Assembly (NCBI RefSeq): GCF_009834535.1
Contig: NC_045696.1
Coordinates: 42,410,001 to 42,474,000 of the forward strand
Origin: Camelus ferus
Taxonomy: Eukaryota
Length of the DNA stretch: 64,000 bases
Direction of reading: 5' to 3'
In this document: positions 46,675 to 57,148 of the stretch, piece by piece
How the letters are laid out: every line of letters starts with the position of its first letter
Position numbering within the stretch: position 1 is the stretch's first letter
Notes under the pieces: model-generated
Seen by the model: only the letters and a program-made list of their open reading frames with translations
Told to the model about the DNA's origin: nothing
The model's database searches: none
Translations under genes and position numbers: made by a program

Positions 46675-47954
46675 ATGCCAAGTCATGACTTGATGGAGGT
46701 GGGGAATTTAATTCCAAAAGTCTCCATGAGACTTTCCCAAGCCAGCCAAATAAATATACCATCTATATGAAAACCTTGTGATTTTCCAACAAAGATAATT
46801 TTAAGCCCTAGCAATAAATACACAATAGAAGGACAGTTTACTTTCTATTCTAAGTAGGTTTGAAGAGGTTCCCAGTTTCTATCCCCAGTCTGATTTCTAC
46901 TCTTGAGTTCCTCTAATTTAGAAAACTTGTTAGTGCTATCTTATTATCAATGGAAATATTACAACAGTGTGTAACCACAATTTATGTTCTCAAAATCTGC
47001 TGAGAATAGGGGATTTATGTTTTAAAATCTGTAAAAACAAGTCCTGAAGGTTTTAATTCAGTCAAGTCTGTCTTGATCAGGTATTTAGAGCAAACCACAG
47101 GTTTTTAAGGTGTTTGCATTACCCTAACAGTTCGACACGACGTGGGTGTTTCCATTAAGCCTGTCAGCTCCCCTTTGAGCAGGAGAAAATGAAATCAAAG
47201 CTCAACAGGCAAGAAGTGCATGGTTTGCTGCTGTGGGTGTTCATGATGGATATAGATTTCCTAACAATTTATAAAGTTGTGGTGGTGTAAATTGATCACT
47301 GAGATGGGCAGAGGTGCCCTCCACAGCCATCTTTTCCTTGCCACACACTGCTTAACTGGTCACTTACAGCCTTGTGCCTAGATCAATACCCCAACATGTA
47401 AGAGATTATTGGACTGATGCAAAGTGAAGCAATTTAAATGTTGGCTTAAGCTGCTAAAATTGAAAAGCATCTCAAATAATGAACATGTAAGCACAGTGAT
47501 ATCCTAGATTCCCAAGGGGAAAAAAAAGTCAGAAAGGGACCCCATGTCCTTTTTAAGCTGCAGATGAAGGAAATTTTTAGTTTCCTTAGGAAGCCATCCA
47601 GAAGGGGAAAGGATCCATTTCATACATGCTTCTCTTTAGCGTGCTGATCTACTTTGACTTCCTTAACTTGTTTTACGCAAGAGCTGACCTGTTATTTTTG
47701 TGTGTTCGTGTGTGTGTAGAGAAAAAATCTTATGGTGTCTGCTTTCCAAACTTAAATGCTGCTCCTAAATACATTAGACTTGCAGAAAGTTTTTTGAAGT
47801 ACTTCAAAGGCTTCTCTAATCTAGACTGTAAAGGTGTATTCAATTCACTTAACTCTGTCCAAACTTGTTTCACACTAGGAGCAAGGAGAGGAAACTTAAT
47901 CTGCAGGTGCCAAGGAGCAAGTGTATATTTTGGAAAAATTTGCTTGGGTATTGT

Positions 47955-48460
47955 GAGACTGTAGTTTCCGAAAAGGGCCACAATCATGTCTCCTGTCCCA
48001 CATTCCCTTCTTGGACACTCCTCCGGTCAGGAGATGGGTGTTAATGTTCCTTCGCCTTGATTCTGGGTGAACTTGTGACTACAACAGAGATGATGTATTG
48101 AAGCTAGCTGTAAAAAGTGATATGCTTCTGCTTAGTTCTCTTGGGACACTTACTCTTAGAACATAGTCATCGTGCTGGAGGAAGTTCAAGCAACTTCATG
48201 GACAAGTCCCCTGGAGAGGAATGAACAGCCTGAAAGTTCTCTCCAGCTCTGTGCAAGCCGCTGTGCAGTTTGAGGAAGTTGATTCTCTAGTTCCAGCTGA
48301 GCCCGTGCCCTGCTCCCCGCACCAGTTCACTGTCACGCGGCGCAGCAGTGGCCGTCCCCGTGGAGCGCAGTGCAGACTGCAGCTGTGTGCACACAGTAAA
48401 TGATTGTCGTACTTTTGAATGGTGGAGGGCTTCATTAGGTAGCAGAGGGTCTCTGTATCA
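47955..48460 (+). mobile_element. MaLR solo LTR (MLT1G/H-like)
   Basis: 'tagtttccgaaaagggccacaatcatgtctcctgtcccacat', 'gccttgattctgggtgaacttgtgact', 'gccgtcccc...gtaaatgattgtcgt'. Confidence 0.75.
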
Positions 48461-48516
48461 GGAGATCATACTTAACCTTGTGGGGAACCTAAATTTGGCA
48501 GTTTCTTTCCTCTGTA

Positions 48517-48724
48517 ACAGGAGTTGGGAAGCTTCGGTCTGCAGGCTAAATTATGGCTCAAAGCTAAGCATGGTTTCTACATTTTTAAAGTATTATTGAA
48601 AAGAAGAACCTCAACAAACAAGCAAACAAACAAAAACACGAAGAATACATGACAGAGACTATATGGGGCCTGCAAAAACTGAAATATTTACTGACACTTT
48701 ACAGAAAAAGTTTGCTGACTTCTG
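48517..48724. mobile_element. MER58-family hAT-Charlie MITE
   Basis: 'agctaagcatggtttctacatttttaaag...gacagagactatatggggcctgcaaaaactgaaatatttact...tttacagaaaaagtttgctgacttctg'. Confidence 0.85.
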
Positions 48725-51230
48725 CTTTATAATAATCCATCTTCTCTCAGGTGCTTAGCATGGATTCGTGCCACTGGTTTTGTGTAGGAAGAAAAACTTG
48801 GCAACAATAGAAACTCTCAGAAATCTTTCTCTAAGGAGGCTACCATAGCTGTCTTCCCACGACTAACTTAAACTTCAAAAGCAGCTGTATATTTTCTTGA
48901 GTGTCCTCATGTAAATGTGTTGATTTCCCCATTGAGATACAATAGACCATAATTTAGGAAAATATATTTGAGGTGTTATATACCTCAGAATCGTAAATCA
49001 TTGAGCAATTTTTGGAAAACATTTGCTGGAGATCTGGAAATAGACATGCTACCTTCATCTCTTGCCCTTCAAACACATGCATCTGGTATATCTCTAATTT
49101 CTTACCTGAGGCTGAAATAATACAAATTTGAGGGGAAGGATATTTGTATACATTTGTATCATATATTATGATTATATTTTGGAACTGAAGTTTTCTAAGA
49201 CCAAAATTGAACTAGAAAATGTGAACACATAACACCAAAAACTTTAGCATTTCTTTCTTAGATGACTGAATTGATAAATTAAAACACCATATCAAAGTCA
49301 GCTACCAGCCTAGAACGTTGCTAAGCAGCCGTGCTCTTCCGTGGGCTCCAGGTGCAGTAAAATCCCAGGATCTGGCTGAAAAGTAGTTGCTCTTATATTA
49401 GACAGACATTTTCATCATATCGCTAATTTCAGATTCAGTGATTGCTGACATCCAAACTTTCACCAGTTTACTCTGAGGAATAAGAGTATTTTAGTACAAT
49501 AGTACATGGTATGGGACAGGAAAATAATGTTAGTTTAGAATTTCGAATGCTACCTACTCTTCTCCATTGATTGGGGGTGGCAGGTGGGGAGCAGGTGTGT
49601 GAACAAGAGGATGTGGCAGAAATCTTCCTTCCCTTATAAACAGGAAGGTAGATTCATACACATGCATGGCATCTGTTCTGTGTATTTTGTTGTAATTGTT
49701 GTTTGCTAAGACTACTTACTATGTCTGAAAGCCAGAGATTTGAGCTGGTAAAAATTTTTAAGTAGAAATATCTTTGGCATTTAAATGGCCATCACTTTGC
49801 CATTTGCCAATGAAATGTGTCAATAGAAAACCAGTAAATATCAAAGAAATGATTTTTACAATTAGCATACTCTTAAGTACTGGCTCACTCGGTCCTTTTC
49901 CAGGGGGTCTTGGTGATTTTTTAGAGAAAATAATATAATGCAGGTCTTACGAGGCTGCATGTAAGCCCTTCATAGGTTGGAAATTGCTGTGGAGCTTTAA
50001 TTTTTCTTAATATGTTTTCAGTGAAAGATAAAATTGATGTGATGACATAAAGAAGCAAAAGAAGTAACAACCTTTCAAAGAGATTCAACATAATTGTTAC
50101 AAAGTGAAAAACCTTTTAGAACCCCCATACATTTCAGCTAGAATTGTGTTGTTTTCCATTATGGTTTTTATAGAGCTTCTGTAATATTGGTTCATAAAAT
50201 GTGTGTCTGCAGAAATTATCTGCGGAAGTTGGAGGTAGAAAAGACCTGCTGGGGCATCTATTTCATTTACAAGCCATCAATAACTAATGTAAGACACAAC
50301 AATAATGCAGCATTAAGGTTTTACGTTTAAATACAGAAGTCAGGAAATGCAAAAATCAAGGATCTCATAATAACATCAAACACCCACAGTGCACAGATAA
50401 AATATTTTTGATTGCTAATTATACTGTTAAGTGTTATACCTTAAAATGAAGTACATGAAATATGAACAGGCTGATGTTCCCTTGAGACACTTAACTTGCA
50501 TTTCCTGGCTTTTATGTTTAAATTGGAAACTTTAAAATTTCATTGACATAGATTTTGTTTTCCATTTCCTTCCTTTATTTTTGAAGAAAATGAAAAATAC
50601 AAAAGTTGTCCATTGATCACTTATGTTGTTAACAGTGGTAAGAGTTACCCTCAGCCTCCATAGAGGTTTCTGAAGTGATTTTAAAATTAGACTGGTAGAA
50701 TTAACCAGAATCATGGCCACAGTCCTCAGGATGTGGTCTTCTGTGTCTCTGAGTGTGGGTCTGATGTTGTGGTTTGACTCTTTCATTTAAACATGGAGCT
50801 GCTTTCTCTATAAACAAATTGACTCTGTGCCACATTTGTAGATTTCTAAGTTTTACAAAGTACAATTTGAAAAGGAATATGAGTATTTACATGTCCAAAT
50901 CTGATAAATTTTGATTTGAGGAAGGCTTTTTAAGAGGGTAGAGTCTCCCTTTCAAAACACGGCTCTTCATATGGCTAATTAAAAGGGAGAGGAGAGATAA
51001 AGACCTATCCATGCAGAGCACGGCAGTAGGAAAAATACATGGGCTGTGAGATCAGAAACTGAATAAAAACTTAAATCAGAGAATTGGTGATGGCAAAGAC
51101 ATCAGTGGGTAATGAAAATAAGGACTTAGGAAGTAGGTAACAGCCTTAATTGATATTCTGCTGCTTATGATGTAAATTCCAAATGCCTAACATTGTAAAG
51201 TCCTCCCCAGTTTACCTCCAGCTTGCCTCT

Positions 51231-51728
51231 TGTGTTAGTCAGGTCACAGACCCCCAAAGATGTCCACGTCCTAATCCCCAGAACCTGTGGCTATGTTGCT
51301 GTACATAGTACATAGCAAAAGAGATTTTGCCAATGTGGTTCAGGATCTTAGGGTCAAGTTAAGTTTCTAAGATGGGGTGATTATTCTAAGATGGGCCTAA
51401 GGTAATCACTTAAGTCCCTACAGGGGACAAAGGGAGGCAGGAGAGCCAGAGAAGGGTGGACACAAGTTATAAAATTGCTGGCTTTGAAGCTGGAAAGTGG
51501 CCACAGGCCCAGGAATGCAAGTGGCCTCCAGAGGCTGGAAAAGCAAGGAATGGATTCTCCCCTAGAATCTCCAGAAAGAAGGCAGCCCCTACTGACAGCT
51601 TGATTTTAGCCCTGTAAGAACCATTCTGGTCTTATGACCTCTAGAATTGTAAGATAATAAATTTGTGTTGTTTTTAAGTCACTAATTTTGTGGTAGTTTG
51701 TTACAACATCAATAAGGAAACTAATACA
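51231..51728 (+). mobile_element. MLT1D MaLR solo LTR with 5-bp TSD
   Basis: CCTCT|tgtgttagtc...ccccaaagatgtccacgtcctaatccccagaacctgtg ... aaggaaactaataca|CCTCT. Confidence 0.93.
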
Positions 51729-51917
51729 CCTCTACATACTCATAATGATAACAACATATTACTTTGCCTCCAAGCTGCCATCTATTGTAAGACATGAAAC
51801 TAATCTCATAAGAGACTTGGAGGTGGGTACAAAACAAACATTTGTTTCACGAGTTAACAATAGTTTATATTAATCAATGTAATACCAAAGATGGTCTTTT
51901 TTTAATATGGCAAACTT

Positions 51918-52084
51918 AAAATTTTTTTAATTTTTAATTTAAAAAAATTATAATTAAAAAATTTGGAGGGATAGGTAATTAGGTTTATTTATTCATTTTT
52001 TTTTTTAAAGGAAGCACTGGGGATTGAACCCAGGACCTTGTGCAGGCTAAGCATGAGCTCTACCGCTGAGCGGTACTCTCTGCC
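51918..52084 (-). mobile_element. tRNA-derived SINE (camelid Vic-1-like)
   Basis: Reversed head 'gctcagcggtagagctcatgcttagcctgcacaaggtcctgggttcaatccccagtgc' with A/B boxes, the 'aataaacctaattacct' motif shared with the 55774 copy, and an AT-rich tail. Confidence 0.85.
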
Positions 52085-52829
52085 ATTGACAATCAAACTT
52101 GAACCCAAGTTTTCCTTACAATCAGAATCTAAAGATTCTTCTGATTTTCTTCAGGCTATTGGAAATTGTGTAGTTTCATCCTGATGCACTGCCTTTCATA
52201 AGACACACTCACAATTTCTTTAGAGATAGACATTGTCATTTTGAGGTGTTCTGTTTGATTTGCTTCTTGTTAATTTATGTTTTTTTTTTCTTTAATTGAA
52301 TTACATGTTGTTGGAAGTTTAATAACTTCTCTTGAAAACCTAGTAGAAGCATTTGTCAGGCAGATGTTGGTGCCCCAGAGATAGTCCTCATGGTGCACAA
52401 ATCAGCCATGCAATGCTTCACTGCCTTATAAAAGTCTTATGATTTATTTTCAAACACTGGCAATGTCTTCTGTCTCTAATTGCATTACCTGGATGTGACA
52501 ATCTTCTGCATGCTCAAGCTGCTTTGTAGTAAAATCTTTTTTGAAGACATTTAAGTGACAGTTAGAGATCCATATTTCAGTGAAAATTCTATCGCATATA
52601 ATGCTACAAATGCAAGGAACTCAAATGTGTTAATGAACAAACACCTGGGCAGACTAGTTTCCTATACTTGAGACAAAACAGTTGGGTTGCATCTTACTCC
52701 TCTGCCTTTCTGCTGAAAAGATTATTTTATATTGATTATTTGACATAGTTGATTTTTAGAGAAATCAAACAAAAAAATTGCCCATTTGTGATCCAAGAAA
52801 TATGGTAATAATATAAATAGCTAATGCAG

Positions 52830-52965
52830 CAGAGTCCAGATGAGGAGACTGAGGCTGGGAGGAAAGTAACTTCCCCAAGATCACAGGGTTTGCAGGTAGC
52901 AAAGGTGGCATTCAGATGGAGTGGTACCAGCTATCTCTCTAAAGCCTGGGCTTTTAACCACCGCA
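52830..52965 (-). mobile_element. MIR SINE
   Basis: 'cagatgaggagactgaggctgggaggaaagtaacttccccaagatcacag'. Confidence 0.8.
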
Positions 52966-53149
52966 CCTCTTCCCTCTTCCCTGTTCTCACAACCTATACT
53001 AAACTTCTTGGTGATTCATGAACATGTGGTCCTCTTTCTAGCCTCTGTGTGTTTGGGCACGTGGTCTCCACATCTCCACTTGGCAACTCCTCTAAGCAGA
53101 GTGGTTAGGGAAATGTTCTTTAGGTTCAAGGGACTAGTGTCCTGCCCCC

Positions 53150-53290
53150 ATCACTTACTAACTAGAGCTCAGGGGCCTCATTTCTAAGATGACTTAGTTC
53201 ATAGCTCATAGGTTCTCAGTGAGAAGTAAGTGATAATACAGATAACATGTTTAGCAACAATGCCAGGGACATAAGAAATTATAATTAGTG
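53150..53290 (+). mobile_element. MIR SINE fragment
   Basis: 'ctcataggttctcagtgagaagtaagtgataataca...tttagcaacaatgccagggacataa'. Confidence 0.6.
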
Positions 53291-53516
53291 AGAAGGATGA
53301 GAGGAAGAAAATAAGAATGACGCATATGTTAATGTAACTTTCTTTCCAACAACTTCTGCCATTTCTCACAGCATAAAATTTTTATACCCTTCAATTCAAT
53401 TATAGTTGGAAAATGTTTTGACCATCAACTCCATGCTAGTTATATTATCATTGAGGGAATCAATGGTGTTATAAGAAATGTAAAGATGCTTTGTAATGGG
53501 GAGAGCCCCTATGTGC

Positions 53517-53970
53517 TGTCAAAGAAAAACTGGAGCCAGACACTAGTTAAAGGTGATAAAGACAGAATTTGTTCTGTATCATCGCAAGAGTGGAAAAGAG
53601 AGTTCCATGTGGAATGGAGCTCAGTTCCTAACACAATAAGGACAGTGAGGATTTGCAGCCAAAGAGCAGAGTGATGGGGGCAGTGGATACAGTGGATGGA
53701 GCATTACTCAGAGGAGACATGAAGGGTTGGAGGGTTTTTGCTAAACCAATTCAGTAAGATTCTTGCTGAAGGGAAGATGATCAAAGTGAGGGGTAATAAG
53801 AACTTGATCAGATATCGAGGGTGAAGAGACATCAAGGATACAGGAATGGATACACTCACTAAAACTAAGTTTAGCAGGGATGAACATGGAAGGCCAAGGT
53901 CAAGTCCTTGTGAAGGAAAAGGCTCAGAGAAGCCTAACTAAATTTTAGGTCAAGGAGAGAGTCTTTGTCG
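53517..53970 (-). mobile_element. MER31-like ERV1 solo LTR
   Basis: Ends 'ggctcagagaagcctaactaaaattttaggtcaaggagagagtctttgtc' (reverse of the MER31 start), internal 'ttgatcagatatcgagggtg', other end 'tgtcaaagaaaaactggagccagac'. Confidence 0.85.
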
Positions 53971-54840
53971 GGGGAATCAATGGTCAACTGTGAGGGAAGG
54001 TCCTCTTTTTATCTCAGTAATCTCTTTCCTCTTAACTGCTTTAGTTAATATAATATTTGTTGGCAGACCTTTACTGGGTAGACTTACGTAAGGCCCTTTC
54101 TTTGCAAGTGAATGGTGCTTGGGGAAGGAGGGTTGAAAGGAAACACTCTAATCAATGTGTCAATCAGTCTTGCCCTGATGCTAAAAAATAATCAGTACCT
54201 CTCTCAGTTGTAACTTGGAAGTGAGTAGGCGAGCTCTGATGAAATATTTTAAGGATTAAAATTCTCAAATTTGAAAAGCAGGGATATTTGGTCTTTGTTG
54301 TGTAGGTCCTGCTATTCTGTCCCAAACGGTGCGTTTCTCATCTCGGGCAGTGCCATTGCAGGGAGCCTGTGTGAGTTAGTGCTCCTTGTTGTCGGGTGAA
54401 TCTAGAAGATGACATTATCCACTACCTGTTCTGGATACTCTCTCTCTCACATGTCCCTGATCTGAGTCTGCCCTGGATCTCAGTGAAATTATAGCATTAT
54501 TTTTAACTGAAGAATCTTAAATGACTTTGTATTTTGTTTTTATAGGGTAGGCTGTCCCTTTCACTAAACACCAAGGCTTTTAAATTGTCACATTTACTGA
54601 TGAGAACATTTCCTCTAAGGTATTTGTAAAAACCTTTACTTGTTCCAAAGATATGGTAAACTAAATGTCTCTTTAGAAGCATTTTCTGCATGCTGGAGTT
54701 AATGGTGACAGATCACGTTCACTTTGGAAATAAATGTGTGTGTGAGTGCACACACATACGCGACACTGGACGGAGACAAGCAGATCCAGCAGGAGCAAAG
54801 AGGGGTAGTTAGATGCCATTTAAATAAAAACTTTGACTTT

Positions 54841-54938
54841 ACTTACTTATTTTTAACGTAAAAGTAGATTTATTCAGAGAGATGCACACTCCATAGATAG
54901 AGTACGGGCCATCTCAGAAGACAAGGGAGAGAGCAACC
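54841..54938 (-). mobile_element. Retroposed 3' end of an LTR-like transcript (AATAAA plus A-rich tail) with 16-bp TSD
   Basis: Minus strand '...gagtgtgcatctctctgAATAAAtctacttttacgttaaaaataagtaagt'. TSD taaaaactttgacttt (54825-54840) / taaaagctttgatttt (54939-54954). Confidence 0.75.
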
Positions 54939-55184
54939 TAAAAGCTTTGATTTTAGAAGAAAATTGGAAATTGTAGACAAATCTCAAAGAAGGGAACAAA
55001 TTTTAGAAACTTGGGAGAAACCACTATTTTCACTATTCTCTGACCTTTGGTATATTATTTATCTAATGGGTTGCAGCGCCCTTTGATATTTGACAAAGGT
55101 CAGATTCACATACCATATTTGAATAATGTAGGCAGCAGGGGTCTGGAGAATTACCATACTTAAACTAGGAAGTGTGATTTCCCA

Positions 55185-55320
55185 ACCCGGTCTCATTTCT
55201 GCCCCTGATTTGTTGTTTGACCTGAGGTGAGTCATTCTCATCTTTGTCTGTCAATGATGATAATAAGATCTCTTCTTTCCCTTTCTAATGTAGGTGTTGT
55301 GAAGGATTCAATAATCTGCT
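55185..55320 (+). mobile_element. MIR SINE fragment
   Basis: 'tgacctgaggtgagtcatt...tctgtcaatgatgataataa...ggtgttgtgaaggattca'. Confidence 0.55.
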
Positions 55321-55687
55321 AACTGACCTTTCCCCTTCATACACTGCCTCCTGAAAGTGCCTGTATACTGCCTTCCTCAAACACTGCTTTGCACCCGACC
55401 CCCTTGTTCAGAAATCCCGGGATCTTCCCCATGGGACGGTATCCAAAGTCCTCCCCATTTGAACCCCCAGCAATTGCTGGTCACCTTCAATGTGCTAGAT
55501 ATTGTACTGTGCACTTTTAATTTTTTCTCTTAGTCTTCATGACATCATGAACATAGCTATGAATGCTCACACCCTTTTAAATATGAAGAAAATCTTCAAT
55601 AGCACAAGTTTGAAGACAGGCCTGTTGGATTCTTGGCTTTTGCTCTTTCCACATGCATATTCATGCTGTTGCTACTTAGCTTGTACC

Positions 55688-55690
<3 letters not shown>

Positions 55691-55739
<49 letters not shown>
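55691..55739. repeat. (AC)n microsatellite
   Basis: Perfect AC run of about 24 units. Confidence 0.98.
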
Positions 55740-55743
<4 letters not shown>

Positions 55744-55773
55744 TACGTGTGTGTAATCTTTTAGTTAGAACTT

Positions 55774-55929
55774 GGGGAGGGTATAGCTCAAGTGGTAGAG
55801 CACATGCCTTGTATGTATGAGGTCCTGGGTTCAATTTCCAGCACCTCCTCTAAAAATAAATAAATACATAAATAAACCTAATTACCTTCCTCCCCTCCCA
55901 AAAAATAATAAAAAAAAAAGATAAAAAAA
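55774..55929 (+). mobile_element. tRNA-derived SINE (camelid Vic-1-like)
   Basis: 'ggggagggtatagctcaagtggtagagcacatgccttgtatgtatgaggtcctgggttcaatttccagcacctcc' with Pol III A and B boxes, then 'aataaacctaattacct' and an A-rich tail. Confidence 0.9.
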
Positions 55930-56064
55930 TAACTTTACACCCTACCTGCTTTCAAAAAGGATGCAAGGTGGACAATAAAATTTACATGTACAACACCACC
56001 ACTGCATTAGAATAGAGAAAATAAGAACTATGTAAAGGAAGAGGAAACTAGCCTTTTGACTCTA

Positions 56065-56502
56065 GAATGTTCCCCCAAACCATTTACTCACGGTATTTGT
56101 GCTGCCACCATGCCAAGCCCCTTGCGTGGACTGCAGCAATGGCCACCTGTCTGTATTCCCACTCTACTCTTAGCCTGTACAATTCAAGTTCCATACAGAG
56201 GGTAGAGAGATTATTTTAAAGTACACACCATGGCATCTGCCTAAAATACTCTGCTGGTTCCCATTATATTTAGGAGACAATGCCACTGCTGTGATCTTCA
56301 GAGCTACATGTGATCTGGGTCACACTCACGTCTCAGTCTTCATCTTCCCATCCTCACCTACTTCACTTCAATTGTCGGTGGCCTTCTTAGAATAGTACAT
56401 CCTGCTCAGGGTGTTTTCTTTTGTTGTGACCTAACCCTGGTGTGTTCTAACCCCAGATCTTCCTGTGAATAGCCTCGTCTCGTCATTCAGATATTAGCTC
56501 CT
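56065..56502 (+). mobile_element. L2 fragment
   Basis: 'ctgccaccatgccaagcc...cttgcgtggactgcagcaatggccacct', 'ccccagatcttcctgtgaatagcctcgtctcgtcattcagatattagctc'. Confidence 0.75.
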
Positions 56503-56817
56503 GGTTTACTAGTTCTAGGTCAGGATATGTAGGTATACAACATCCTTTTTTTTAATGGCTGCATAGTATTTATCATATGATTACAGCTTAACTCAGTTAA
56601 CCTGTCCTCTGCCAGTATGCATTCATGCATTCAGGTTCTGCTCAGTGTTCTCCAACTACAAAAAGAAAAATAAAAGGTACAGTATAATTAACATATACGT
56701 ATCAACACACTCAAAGGAGATCATTTATAGGAATAATTGCCTGAATTGGAGTTACTGGATCAAAGGAAGTGAGATGATTATTTTTGATAAATTTTGCCAA
56801 CCCAGAGAGTTTAATTT

Positions 56818-57148
56818 AATTCAATTTTTCAAGCTTTATTGAGATACAATTGACAAATAAAATTGTATTTATTTAACTTGATAGTTCAATACATGTATAT
56901 ATTGTGAAATAATTATCTCAATCAAGTTAATTAACATATCCATCACTTCACGTATTTTTTTTTTGGAGTGCTGAAGATCTATTTTCTTAACATATTTCAA
57001 GTACACAATATAATGTTACTAACTGTAGTCATCATGCTGTATATTGAATCCCCAGAACTTCTTATTCATCTTATAAGTGAAAGTTTGTACCTTTGACCAA
57101 CATTTCCCCATTTTCCACACTCAGCCCTTGGTAACCACTGTTCTACTC
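56818..57148 (-). mobile_element. 5'-truncated L1 (L1MA-like) 3' end with perfect 12-bp TSD
   Basis: 'agctttattgagatacaattgacaaataaaattgtattta...cagcccttggtaaccactgttctactc'. TSD agagtttaattt at 56806-56817 and 57149-57160. It sits at the edge of an older L1ME-like fragment (about 56520-56805). Confidence 0.9.

Noticed and set aside
47626..47987. Overlapping 112-aa and 85-aa ORFs
   Set aside because: No recognisable domain or convincing splice sites; the lengths are expected by chance in 64 kb.
52012..52084. tRNA-like sequence (minus)
   Set aside because: It is a SINE head followed by a SINE-specific tail, with a degenerate cloverleaf; not a tRNA gene.
55774..55848. tRNA-like sequence (plus)
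   Set aside because: Same SINE family, with an A-rich tail; not a functional tRNA.
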